64,000 nt of DNA, taken from contig JBHGBF010000001.1 of NCBI GenBank assembly GCA_041946865.1, positions 51,338-115,337 of the forward strand, in the 5' to 3' direction. The notes beneath the pieces are model-generated. The model was not told the DNA's origin, did not search any database, and saw nothing but the letters and a program-made list of their open reading frames with translations. Position 1 is the stretch's first letter; every line of letters begins with the position of its first letter. Positions 55,601 to 63,740 of this stretch are shown here, piece by piece. The stretch is from Acidobacteriota bacterium. GTDB taxonomy: Bacteria > Acidobacteriota > UBA6911 > RPQK01. A program made the translations under genes and the position numbers.

Positions 55601-56039
55601 CGGGTACTGCAATGCCGCGCACACTCTGAGCAATCGTCCGATGATGCTCGGCGATCCGCTTCCGCCGGGCTTCGATCAGACCATCGAGCACTGGTTTGAT
55701 ACTCAGGCCTTTGATTTCTCCGGGAATTTCCCGGCGCCGGGGCTGTTGACTCCCACCGGTCCGGGAGACCCCAACAAGGCGTTCGGCGATGCGCCCCGCT
55801 ACTTCTCAGACATTCGGAATCCAAGGGTGAACAACCTCGATTTCTCGGTGCAGAAAGACGTTGCGCTGCCCATGGGAGAAGAGACGCGCCTGAGGTTCCG
55901 AGGGGATTTCTTCAACTTGCCGAATCATCCGCAATTTGCAGAGTCCAATGGTGACCTGACCAACTCCAACTTCGGAAGGATCACGCGCACCGCCATAAAC
56001 AACCGGACTGTGCAGTTAGGGCTGCATCTTTTCTTCTAG
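52665..56039 (+). CDS. TonB-dependent outer-membrane receptor with N-terminal carboxypeptidase-regulatory-like (CarbopepD_reg) domain
   Basis: Start MKSPSLSLLLLCLLGAGTLLCPLPLHAQG (signal peptide). GTISGTIQDSKGAAIPGAGVTVTNVNTG...YRVEAEMPGFKK is CarbopepD_reg. Plug and beta-barrel follow. C-terminal aromatic residue (...GLHLFF). 1124 aa. The first ~100 codons of the listed ORF overlap the operator and are rejected. Confidence 0.8.
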   Translation: MKSPSLSLLLLCLLGAGTLLCPLPLHAQGVFGTISGTIQDSKGAAIPGAGVTVTNVNTGVVRQVTTNEVGIYTATSLIPGVYRVEAEMPGFKKAVVSDVTLEVNANLKINLVMELGEVTEVVNVTSEAPLLTTQQSNLGQTVTQRQIEQLPTGRDLFNLLPLSAGVSQQAGCDGCGNNGNMRINGDRPRTQDYILDGTTINAPVFGGQALNPAIDSVAEFRVETNSMSAEYGKAGGGIIIAVTRSGTNEFHGSGYWYHRNESLNARNFFEDPTQPKNPFSQHEFGGTIGGPILRDKLFFFTDLQVLRLDGSSPSVDHVVPNSAFRSGDLSALCTAGFDAAGICADPSQQFRFPGTDQFVPFNRIPASQINPISQRVIDVWPSSTVAGTVPGTNLFSFTRDNDNRTTRFNPRVDYHLSASDLFFGVFHRQTGRQTSHPGIIPGPAGEQIHRQNDYALTTGWTHSFSSVSLNDFRFGYMHRIGDRSNHGQGSTSPSDFGLQGIPDCLSTIPNTESGKKCGTPSISVVGFQGLGGAGLLYEPADTLQINDTFSRLFGRHNLKIGGEARRYSIDNYQPDAVASFNFTGSQTDNAFADFLFGTIHSGSAGLQNAMLSTRAWSYSLFIQDDFKLTPRLTLNLGLRYQYDQSFSEVNDGLAFFNPFTAEWEQFGVNAPDTPFDPSRKMFGPRLGFAWSPISDFVVRAGYGITYPGVVGHGRGGDGEPSPNLKATTQFPRGTNWSSLPPITNPDPSAIRAPIAVGSNVSFSAWAPRKQTPTYIQSWNLTVEKQLTGSTLGQLAYVGTRGTHLPINYAYNICQQTRESTAQFGYDATTSPFCPLAAEKVLAAGGSLYDLIVTPGYWGLSNSIYHAMQAKVERRFSRGFSLLGTFTWSKLIDDSSSDWGGFWSLDTLGQDFYNRRGDRSVSAGDIPARLSVASIVELPFGPGKKWLNKGIVAQALGGWHVSAIYSLSSGTPFGILDNCYGYCNAAHTLSNRPMMLGDPLPPGFDQTIEHWFDTQAFDFSGNFPAPGLLTPTGPGDPNKAFGDAPRYFSDIRNPRVNNLDFSVQKDVALPMGEETRLRFRGDFFNLPNHPQFAESNGDLTNSNFGRITRTAINNRTVQLGLHLFF

Positions 56040-56079
56040 GCCGGCAACTGAGAATAAGCATCGGTGGCCTCCTCATCGT

Positions 56080-56110
56080 GGCCGGGCTCCTCGTTCAACG
56101 GAGCCCGGCC
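56080..56110. terminator. Perfect 11-bp stem hairpin (GGCCGGGCTCC-tcgttcaac-GGAGCCCGGCC) between convergent genes; likely bidirectional terminator (no U-tract)
   Basis: Inverted repeat read directly. Located between the TonB-receptor stop (56039) and the regulator stop (56155). Confidence 0.4.
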
Positions 56111-56154
56111 GCCGTGAGTCCGAATCAGAAATAGGGGGACACCCCAGCGGGATC

Positions 56155-58266
56155 TCAGCGGAAATCCTCTACGAGCACGATGTCCGATCCCTCTCTTGGA
56201 TCAGAACCCGAGCAGAGAAACCAGCGGCCGTCGAGGCTGACTCTGAACGTCGCGGGATTCGGTACATTTAGCGTCAGGACTTTTCGTGTCCTCCCGTCTT
56301 CGAAACCGAGAAAGTAGACGTTACGCTCGCGCCTGAAGTAGATCCCCGTTGAGCTCAAGTCCCATTGGGTAAAGGAAAGGTCTTTTTCGAGAATCCGGGT
56401 TTCTGCTCCTCCGCCGGTCGGCATGACCATGATCTGTCCAGGAAAGCCAGTCGCGTAGTACAACTGTGTGCCGTCGACCGATTCCAACCCGCGGAAACCG
56501 CCTTGCCTTGTCACCTGGCGGAGCTCGCTTCCTGCCACAGTTGTCTTCCAGATTTCATATCTTCCAGACCGATTAGAGGAGAAATAGACCCATCGCCCAT
56601 CTCGCGACCAGGTGGGCGTGACATCCGCGGCGGGATGAGTTGTCAGTCGGCGTGGAGTGCCCCCTTCGGCGTTCACCACATAGATCTCTGCATCGTGGTT
56701 CCAACTGTCAAAGCAAATCTGCCGGCCATCCGGCGACCATGTCGGCGAGCCGCTTTCGGCCTTCAGCCAGGTAACCTGCCTCAACCGTGAGCCGTCGCTA
56801 TTGCAGACAAAGATCTCAAAATACCCGGTCCTGTTCGAGGCAAACGCAATCCTGGTTCCATCGGGGGAGAATTGAGGATTGTCATCCGAACGTGTTGAAG
56901 AGATGATGCGCTCGGCTCGTGCTTGACTGCTATCTTGCGTAAGTGGACCAGCGAGTCGCCAGATATCGCGCTGGAAAGGCGGGCCGCCCTGGGTGTAGGC
57001 CATAGGCCTGCCTTTCCTCGACACCGACGGGTATTCCCTTGCGAGATTCTCTCCAGATCCGGTCAAAGGTACCGGGCCATCCCCGGCGATAGTGACCCGC
57101 CAGAGGCGATCTTCGGCGGCGAAGACAATCTGCCTGCCGTCTGGCATCCAGGCCAGTCCGTGCACGCTGCGGAAGCTCTCGAACGTCAACTGCTGCACGG
57201 GACCCTTTGGCAGAGATTGCTGATACAAGTCCCAGACTGCCCAACCCCTGCGTCGAAAGAACCCAATCGTCCCACCGGCGGGTGAAAACTGACCGAAGTA
57301 ATCACCTAGAGTTCCCCCTGGCGGTGAAGTGCATGCCTCCAAATGGCCGGAATCGACATCCAGGAGGTGGCAGCGCGCTTCAATCGCCCCATGAGGGCGA
57401 AACGAAACAGCCAGGTGTCTTCCATCGGGTGACCAGGACAGGTCAGTCAGGCCCTGATCGTAGAGCGCGTCAGTGCGGAGCTCAGCCAGTGTCCGTTCAG
57501 ATCCACCCAGGGCAGGCACCTCGACTATGGCTACTTTGTCTGCAAGCGAGCGCGCGAAAACTATGCGTTGCCCATCAGGAGACCATCGTGGGCACCACTC
57601 CGGGTTCGAGTCCGACGTCAGCCTGAGAGGCTCCCCGAGGCCGATCTGCTTGACGTAGATGTCCGAGTTCCCGTTCTTGTCGTCTTTTGCCGTCCACTGA
57701 TAGGCGATGCGGTCTCCCTGAGGCGAAAAGTCCGGGCGCTCCTCAGACCCGGGGTAGCTGGTGAACGGAACGGCCCGGAGTGTTGGAGCTTCAGTTGGGG
57801 CCAGCGTCGTTCGCGGAAACCAGATGGCGATGGCCAGGACTACGCCAAGCAGGACAAAGCCCACTGCGAGGCCCAGGGCCCGGCGACGCGCTCGCGGCTG
57901 GATGGCTGCCTTTCGGACGTTGGATCCATCTCGATGCTCTGAAGCGACACCAGGGAATTCAACCGGCGCGATCAACCTGTACCCACGTCGCGGGAGCGTT
58001 TCGATATAGCTCGGATGCCTGGAGTCATCGCCCAACGCCTTGCGGAGCAGCCAGATAGCGTTAGAAAGCACCTCGTCTGTGACGAAGGTATCCGGCCAGA
58101 TGGCTTGGATCAAGCGCTCTTTGGGAAGGACTTTCCCGGCGTGCTCTGCGAGGTAAACCAGAAGGTCCATGACCTTCGGTTCGAGCTGGACCTGCTTCTC
58201 GCCGCGGCTCAGCTTTCCTATGTCCGGCTCGACCCGCCACTCGCCGATTCGCAGCTCATCCCTCAT
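56155..58266 (-). CDS. Winged-helix (CadC/OmpR-like) transcriptional regulator with TM segment and TolB-like WD40 beta-propeller
   Basis: N-terminal trans_reg_C-like region (VQLEPKVMDLLVYLAEHAGKVLPKERLIQAIWPDTFVTDEVLSNAIWLLRKAL...PRRGYRL). TM helix LGLAVGFVLLGVVLAIAIW. Repeated SPDG[QR]..[FA] propeller blades. Confidence 0.75.
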   Translation of the reverse strand: MRDELRIGEWRVEPDIGKLSRGEKQVQLEPKVMDLLVYLAEHAGKVLPKERLIQAIWPDTFVTDEVLSNAIWLLRKALGDDSRHPSYIETLPRRGYRLIAPVEFPGVASEHRDGSNVRKAAIQPRARRRALGLAVGFVLLGVVLAIAIWFPRTTLAPTEAPTLRAVPFTSYPGSEERPDFSPQGDRIAYQWTAKDDKNGNSDIYVKQIGLGEPLRLTSDSNPEWCPRWSPDGQRIVFARSLADKVAIVEVPALGGSERTLAELRTDALYDQGLTDLSWSPDGRHLAVSFRPHGAIEARCHLLDVDSGHLEACTSPPGGTLGDYFGQFSPAGGTIGFFRRRGWAVWDLYQQSLPKGPVQQLTFESFRSVHGLAWMPDGRQIVFAAEDRLWRVTIAGDGPVPLTGSGENLAREYPSVSRKGRPMAYTQGGPPFQRDIWRLAGPLTQDSSQARAERIISSTRSDDNPQFSPDGTRIAFASNRTGYFEIFVCNSDGSRLRQVTWLKAESGSPTWSPDGRQICFDSWNHDAEIYVVNAEGGTPRRLTTHPAADVTPTWSRDGRWVYFSSNRSGRYEIWKTTVAGSELRQVTRQGGFRGLESVDGTQLYYATGFPGQIMVMPTGGGAETRILEKDLSFTQWDLSSTGIYFRRERNVYFLGFEDGRTRKVLTLNVPNPATFRVSLDGRWFLCSGSDPREGSDIVLVEDFR

Positions 58267-58584
58267 GGCTTAGACGTCTCTCGGAAGGTGACCCAGAGTA
58301 TAACGCCGGCCGCTGATCCGCTCAATATCGTCCTCAGGTCCTAATGACTATGTAAGAAAGGGATCAAGCCCGTGACCGGTTGGTGCGTGGATCAATGGGT
58401 ATGTCTGAAGCCCCCGATCTCGCAGCCACGTAAAAGCATCGTGACGATTTCTTGAGGAGAAGCTGAATCAAACCAGAGGCCGCCCTGAAGACTCCCTGAG
58501 CTCCGGACTGCCATGCTGGCCCTGCGAATCGACGTGGCACAAGCAGGCAGGATGCCTCCGCTCCCAGGGGGAATGGGACCGACT

Positions 58585-59856
58585 ATGGGATTCTTCGGGC
58601 ATTTGGTTGAGATTGTACGCCAGGGTGTTGGCGAGCTGATGCGCCACAAGCTGCGCAGCTTGCTGACGATGTTCGGCATCGGCTGGGGGGTTGTCGCTCT
58701 GGCTCTCGTTTCCGCCTCCGGCAATGGTTTCGAACAGGGGCAGCGCGAGAATTGGAAGCAGCTGGGCGATCGCATCGTCATGATATTCTCCGGCCGGACC
58801 GAAATGCAGGCGGGCGGCCGGCGTGCCGGGCGTGAGATCCGGCTCTACGAGTCAGATGTGAAAGCTATTCGTGAGCAATGTCCGGCGGTCGAGCTGGCAG
58901 CGGCCGAAATCAAGAGGTTTGCCGTTCCTGTCGCCAGCGGTTGGAACGCCGGCCGCTTCCTGGTTCTCGGCGTTGATCCGGACTATTTGCGCATGCGCAA
59001 CCTGCCAGTCAGCGGGGGACGCGCCATCAACTGGAGCGACTTGAACAATCGGTCACGCGTGTGCGTCCTGGGTGACTCTGTCCGCAAACAGCTATTTGAG
59101 AATCGCCGCGACCCGATCGGCAACACAGTATCAATCTGCGGCTACCGCTACATAGTTGTTGGCGTGATGCCCGAGAAGAATCAAAACTCGAATTACGATG
59201 GGTTTGACAACGACAAAGTCGTAATCCCGGGCCCTCTGGTCCGCTCCGACTGCCCGCCGAATCCAGGGGTGGCAAAGGAGGGCCGGGTGAGCGCAATCAT
59301 TTATCGGCCGAGGTCGGTTCACGAGTGGAGACTGGCGCAGGAACAGGTGCGCCGCACCCTCGGCCGAATTCATGGTTTTGATCCTCGCGATGAAGCCGCT
59401 GCTCCGATGTGGGACACGATTGAGACGGCTGCCTTGTTCGATGATACTTTCCGCGCCCTGGGGGTCTTTCTTGGGTCCGTCGCCATCATCACGCTGTCTC
59501 TGGGCGGTATTGGCGTCATGAACACGATGATGACGTCGGTGACAGAGCGAACGGCTGAGATCGGGTTGCGCAAAGCTCTCGGCGCGACTCGGCGCCGGGT
59601 GCTGCTCGAAATCCTGGCGGAGGGCCTGGTGCTGGCCTTGATCAGCGGGACATGCGGCTTGATGCTGGTAGCGCTCCTGGCGGGTATCGTAAATTCGCTC
59701 CCGATGCCGGCCTTCTTCTCAGGGTTGCCGATCGAGCTCGAAACGGTCCGGCTCGTCATCCTTCTGCTTGGCGCAGTAGCGGTCCTGTCTGCTCTTCCCC
59801 CGGCTTGGCGAGCGGCCCGGATGACGCCCGTCCAGGCACTGCGTTTTGAGAAATAA
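58585..59856 (+). CDS. ABC transporter permease, MacB/FtsX family (MacB_PCD + FtsX)
   Basis: Start MGFFGHLVEIVRQGVGELMRHKLRSLLTMFGIGWGV. 4-TM FtsX C-terminus (GIGVMNTMMTSVTERTAEIGLRKALGATRRRVL). No ATPase gene adjacent. Confidence 0.75.
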   Translation: MGFFGHLVEIVRQGVGELMRHKLRSLLTMFGIGWGVVALALVSASGNGFEQGQRENWKQLGDRIVMIFSGRTEMQAGGRRAGREIRLYESDVKAIREQCPAVELAAAEIKRFAVPVASGWNAGRFLVLGVDPDYLRMRNLPVSGGRAINWSDLNNRSRVCVLGDSVRKQLFENRRDPIGNTVSICGYRYIVVGVMPEKNQNSNYDGFDNDKVVIPGPLVRSDCPPNPGVAKEGRVSAIIYRPRSVHEWRLAQEQVRRTLGRIHGFDPRDEAAAPMWDTIETAALFDDTFRALGVFLGSVAIITLSLGGIGVMNTMMTSVTERTAEIGLRKALGATRRRVLLEILAEGLVLALISGTCGLMLVALLAGIVNSLPMPAFFSGLPIELETVRLVILLLGAVAVLSALPPAWRAARMTPVQALRFEK

Positions 59857-59858
59857 CC

Positions 59859-61121
59859 ATGGTCGTGAAAGCCGTTTTCGAAAATGCTCTGGCTGCGCTG
59901 CGCTTTTATAAGCGGAGGTCGATCATCACTATGATCAGTCTCGCCTGGGCGGTGGCCTCGTTTCTCATCCTGATGAGCTATGGTGAAGGCTTCCACAAGG
60001 CCATGACGCTTGCCTTCCGCGCGGTCGGCCAGGAACTCATTATCATGGATGATGGGCAAACCAGCCTTCAGGCGGGAGGCATGCGATCCGGACGGGCCAT
60101 TCGGCTGGAAGAGAAGGACGCATATATCATTCGCGAAAACGTGCCGCTCGTCGCCGCCATCTCCCCGGAGGTGATGCGCAACGTCTCCGTTGTCCGGGGA
60201 AGCCGTGAAAAGCAGTACCTGGCCCGGGCCGTAGTCCCCGAGTACGAACGTGTCCGCAACATGAAACTCGATGGCGGGCGTTGGCTGAACGACGACGACA
60301 ACCGGTATCGACGCCGGGTGGCCGTCATAGGTGCAAGCGTCTACCGCGAGTTGTTTAAGGGACGGCCGTTCCTGGACGAGGTAATCACTCTGAACGGAGT
60401 CACTTTTACCGTTATCGGACGGTTAGCGACCAAGGTGGAGATTGCCAACTATAACCGCCCCGACAACGAGTGTGTCTTCATTCCTTACCAAACCGGTTCG
60501 TTGTTTGGACAACTCCGTTACCCTAACCTGATTGTTTGGGCGCCGCTTGTGCCCACCATGACGGAAAAAGCCATCGAGCAGGTTCGCGAAACCTTGGCTG
60601 GAACCCACCGTTTTTCGCCTAAAGATGAGAAGGCGGTTTTCATCCTCCCCTTTAGCAAGTTCACAAGCCTGGCCGATGGGATATCTATGGCTCTCAAGAT
60701 GCTGCTCGCCTTCATCGGGACGGTGACACTTGCGGTTGGCGGAGTGGGCCTGGCGAACATCATGTACACGTCGGTCCTGGAGCGGACTACGGAGATCGGG
60801 ATGCAGAAAGCGCTGGGAGCGAGGCGCAGCACGGTCCTGTTTCAATTCCTTTCCGAGGCGGTTGTCATCGTGTTGCTCGGCGCGATCTGCGGCGTCACGC
60901 TTGGAGTAGGGATAGCCTCAGCGGTCGGTTCGCTTCCGTTTCTGGGCGCTCTGATGGGGGAAGAGGTTGCCAAGGAATACGGGCGGCTATACTTCGAAAT
61001 TTCTGCTTCTTCTATCGTTGTCTCGGTCGGCGTCCTGTTCCTGATCGGCTTGGTTGCCGGCATGCTGCCCGCGCTGCGTGCTTCGCGCCTTGATCCGATC
61101 AAAGCGCTTCACTACGAGTAG
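59859..61121 (+). CDS. ABC transporter permease, MacB/FtsX family (second paralog)
   Basis: MVVKAVFENALAALRFYKRRSIITMISLAWAVASF...GLANIMYTSVLERTTEIGMQKALGARRSTVL. Paralog of the preceding gene. Confidence 0.75.
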   Translation: MVVKAVFENALAALRFYKRRSIITMISLAWAVASFLILMSYGEGFHKAMTLAFRAVGQELIIMDDGQTSLQAGGMRSGRAIRLEEKDAYIIRENVPLVAAISPEVMRNVSVVRGSREKQYLARAVVPEYERVRNMKLDGGRWLNDDDNRYRRRVAVIGASVYRELFKGRPFLDEVITLNGVTFTVIGRLATKVEIANYNRPDNECVFIPYQTGSLFGQLRYPNLIVWAPLVPTMTEKAIEQVRETLAGTHRFSPKDEKAVFILPFSKFTSLADGISMALKMLLAFIGTVTLAVGGVGLANIMYTSVLERTTEIGMQKALGARRSTVLFQFLSEAVVIVLLGAICGVTLGVGIASAVGSLPFLGALMGEEVAKEYGRLYFEISASSIVVSVGVLFLIGLVAGMLPALRASRLDPIKALHYE

Positions 61122-61271
61122 TCCACCAGCCAGGTCGCTTCCTATCCACGGAAATAGGGGACGACCCTGCTCTGGCTACCGTGTTGCGGCTGCTCAAGCA
61201 GGAGGTGTGGGCTGAAACCTGGGCCCGGTCTGCAGAGGAATCGAAAGCAGCCACGCCGGCCTGGTATCGGT

Positions 61272-61317
61272 TGGTGGGCCTAAGTGGAGTTGAACCACTG
61301 ACCTCACGCTTATCAGG
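61272..61317 (-). tRNA. Truncated 3' portion (anticodon loop to CCA) of tRNA-Ile(GAU); no 5' half present (putative integrase attachment-site remnant)
   Basis: Minus strand reads CTGATAA-GCGTG-AGGTC-AGTGG-TTCAACT-CCACT-TAGGCCC-A-CCA. This aligns base-for-base in architecture with E. coli tRNA-Ile GAU 3' half (CUGAUAA GGGUG AGGUC GGUGG UUCAAGU CCACU CAGGCCU A CCA). The sequence upstream (AAAGAC) cannot form the anticodon stem, D-arm or acceptor 5' strand. Confidence 0.6.
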
Positions 61318-61426
61318 TCTTTCCCAAGTGTTGATAGTATTGGATTTAAATGACTTGTGGGTGCGTATTCCGGCAAATTAGGGGCATTTTGAAACACTTT
61401 CCGCACCCTGGGCGCACCCTGGTTTT

Positions 61427-61624
61427 CTACCGGGTTCGGCCTTTCCAGATCCTTTCTTCCACTGCATCCAAGATGCCTTCGAAATCTTCTAGCCGCTTAC
61501 GGACATCATCCATTGCCAGCTGTGCCACGCTTTCGGGTGACGCCTCGCTGAGAGTAGTCCCTTGTTCGAGGTATTTCTGAATTTCTGGCATCCGGAGCTT
61601 GACCGTGTTGAAAAGAGCATTCAA
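61427..61624 (-). CDS. Hypothetical small protein
   Basis: 65-aa ORF in the element-proximal region. No motif. Confidence 0.25.
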   Translation of the reverse strand: MNALFNTVKLRMPEIQKYLEQGTTLSEASPESVAQLAMDDVRKRLEDFEGILDAVEERIWKGRTR

Positions 61625-61933
61625 GGCTGGCTCCCAATACTCGAAAAACGTTGTAATCCTGCTTCATGGTTCCTTCCTTTCGGCTTAATCGCCGGTTCCT
61701 TCTTCCGCTGTCCGGGAATCAGCGGGCATCGTCTGACGGTAGTATACGAGTCCGTACCGACACCCCGGATTTGTTCCCGGCAAAACGATCAGTTTTTGTC
61801 AGACCGGTCATGATAGAAGCATGGGCCGAAAGACGGGAATCGGCCTAGTGTTCGCGACACGAAAAGGCCCACTCCGAAGCCCTGGCTGATTTCCCCTTCT
61901 CCGGAGATTGCTTGTTGAACGGGGGACAAGGCC

Positions 61934-62614
61934 ATGACCGATGATCAGCTGATAGAACAGGTGGACCAGGAGCTTCGGCGATATGCCGAGGAGTGCCGAA
62001 AATCTGAAATCAAAAAACAGGCACCAGACCCACTCGGGTTTGTTGGCGAGACGGAGGCCGCAGTCCGGAAAATGGCGGACAGTCTCGGCTTCAGCTTCAC
62101 CCGGCAAAGAGTGGAGTTGGCCGCAAGGAGCGATCCGCGATGGGACAGCATAAAGGGCTTCCATGAAAGCCGGAAGGGGCGGAAAGTGCCGCTTCTCCGG
62201 GCTGAGGAGTATTTTCAGCAGGCATCCCAATACCAGGAGCATGAAGCCCAGGCTGATCCGGGACGCGAATCGATGCGAAAGAGGTTTACGGACATTCTGA
62301 ACCGGGATGGCTGCCAGGGTATCTTCCAGGCCTTTGAAAAGGCTGGCCGGAACTGTGCTAAGGGCGAGAAGCCGACTGCAAAGGCGGTAGCGTTCGAACT
62401 GGACGAGGACCTGAACTTCCGGAGCGGCCAGACGTTCCGAGACTGGCAAGAGGAATTCCCGAAAATCACGAAGCCGAGCGACCTGGCGACCATGAAGGGG
62501 AACAATCCGGCAGAGACACAGGCCATGCGGAAGAAGCTGACCAATTTCGTCCACTATTGCAGGAAGAAGATGGTCAAGGCGGATGTCCTGGAACAGTCTC
62601 GGAAATTGTCTTAA
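61934..62614 (+). CDS. Hypothetical protein (charged, helical)
   Basis: 226-aa ORF with protein-like composition (K/E/R-rich). No recognised domain. Confidence 0.45.
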   Translation: MTDDQLIEQVDQELRRYAEECRKSEIKKQAPDPLGFVGETEAAVRKMADSLGFSFTRQRVELAARSDPRWDSIKGFHESRKGRKVPLLRAEEYFQQASQYQEHEAQADPGRESMRKRFTDILNRDGCQGIFQAFEKAGRNCAKGEKPTAKAVAFELDEDLNFRSGQTFRDWQEEFPKITKPSDLATMKGNNPAETQAMRKKLTNFVHYCRKKMVKADVLEQSRKLS

Positions 62615-62710
62615 AATTCCTGTCTTAATCTTAATGCTGTCTTAAAACGCTTTTTGCAAACCCGCGTCTTTCCTGCCTTTCGAAAGATTTTTGTCTTACT
62701 GCTGTCTTAC
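62607..62710. repeat. Five direct copies of (C/T)TGTCTTA(A/C) within ~100 nt (iteron-like array)
   Basis: TGTCTTA at 62607, 62621, 62638, 62692 and 62704. AT-rich context (ttgtcttaaaattcctgtcttaatcttaatgctgtcttaaaac...ttgtcttactgctgtcttac) immediately upstream of the excisionase-like gene. Confidence 0.5.
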
Positions 62711-62751
62711 TTCCGAACCAGGGGCCTGAACCTGCGACACAATTCCCCGCG

Positions 62752-63048
62752 ATGGCAGGCGAAAGGCCGAAAGGCGTCATCGACATCCAAGACGTTTTGC
62801 AATACCTGGAAAGGGATGCCTGGCTTGATAAGCGCGGCGCCTGCGATTACCTGAAGGTCAAGGAAAGAACCCTTCAGGAGTACATGCACGAGGGCCTTCC
62901 CTATTACCGCCTCAGTCCCAAGCTGCTCCGGTTCAAACGTTCCGAACTAGACCGCTGGATGACTCAATTCCGCTGCCAGGCAGGCGGGACCAGGCGGATT
63001 GTCGAGGACGTTGTGAGCCAGTTCAAGAAAAGGAGAGTCCGCCAATGA
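62752..63048 (+). CDS. Excisionase-family helix-turn-helix DNA-binding protein (HTH_17/AlpA-like)
   Basis: DYLKVKERTLQEYMHEGLPYYRLSPKLLRFKRSELDRWM matches the excisionase-type HTH pattern (sequence, then stv.rwi..g.lP..rig.r.irf....l..wl). Confidence 0.5.
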   Translation: MAGERPKGVIDIQDVLQYLERDAWLDKRGACDYLKVKERTLQEYMHEGLPYYRLSPKLLRFKRSELDRWMTQFRCQAGGTRRIVEDVVSQFKKRRVRQ

Positions 63049-63272
63049 GAGCAAGCCAGGCTAAAACCGTGAAGCTGGACCTCTCGGCTCATTTTGTCGA
63101 ACGTTACGGGGCTGACGCACACCGAATTGCTGAGATTGTCCGCGAACTTGCAGCCCAAGGGGACCGTCGCGGCCTGGAGGATCTGATTGAAGTGTTTTCG
63201 GCTGCCCTGGCCGGAGCGAATCAGGTTCTCAGGATGAGTAACCGACGCACCTTGGACCTGGAGGTTCTGTAA
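63045..63272 (+). CDS. Hypothetical small protein (translationally coupled to preceding gene)
   Basis: 75-aa ORF with ATGA overlap to the excisionase-like gene. No motif. Confidence 0.35.
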   Translation: MRASQAKTVKLDLSAHFVERYGADAHRIAEIVRELAAQGDRRGLEDLIEVFSAALAGANQVLRMSNRRTLDLEVL

Positions 63273-63334
63273 GCAAAGGGAGAAAAAGGCCCGGCAGCCA
63301 GCCAGGACAACCGGGCCAAAACACGGGAGTTGTT

Positions 63335-63715
63335 ATGGGCAAGCGCAAGAGTAGCACATTGATGCCGTTCGGTCGATACAAAGGCCGTCCGCTCTCGAAG
63401 CTGCCCGAGCCTTATTTCCGATGGCTCTTAACCATCGACCTTCGCCCGCCACTTGTTGATGCTGTTTGGAAAGAAGCCGAACGCCGCAATCAGAAGGCCC
63501 TGACCTGCGACTCACCCGGCATCCCGCCTGACCTGGCACCTGCCCTGACCGAAATGGTCACTCGCGGGTTCAGAGCGGCAGCCCGCGAACATCATCCCGA
63601 TGTCGGCGGCGACAGCGAGCTTATGCGCGTCTTCAATGCAGCGCGGGAGTGGTGGGAAAAGCATGTACCCACGGGGAGGGACAGTGGCAGGACTGACCAG
63701 GACGACGCCTCTTGA
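63335..63715 (+). CDS. DUF3820-like protein (MPFGRYKGRPLS...YFRWL motif) with C-terminal J-domain-like HPD segment
   Basis: N-terminus MPFGRYKGRPLSKLPEPYFRWLL resembles the DUF3820 signature (MPFGKYKGk.l.e.p..YL.WL) common in phage/plasmid genes. The C-terminus AAREHHPDVGGDSELMRVFNAAREW resembles the DnaJ helix II-III KYHPDxNxG..eA.ekFkei.eAYevL. Confidence 0.45.
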   Translation: MGKRKSSTLMPFGRYKGRPLSKLPEPYFRWLLTIDLRPPLVDAVWKEAERRNQKALTCDSPGIPPDLAPALTEMVTRGFRAAAREHHPDVGGDSELMRVFNAAREWWEKHVPTGRDSGRTDQDDAS

Positions 63716-63740
63716 GAAACTCCGTCGTTTGGAGGATCTG

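Noticed and set aside
61272-61350. Possibility that the tRNA-like sequence is a complete tRNA or the 3' end of tmRNA
   Set aside because: No complementary acceptor 5' strand (GGGCCTA) or D-arm within ~100 nt upstream on the minus strand. No tag-peptide reading frame or GGGG 5' end for tmRNA seen. The anticodon-loop homology stops exactly at the loop, as expected for an att-site partial copy.
61194-61406. Small ORFs 61181..61381 (+) and 61194..61406 (-) overlapping the tRNA-like sequence
   Set aside because: They span a tRNA-derived sequence and intergenic DNA at the element boundary. No coding signal.
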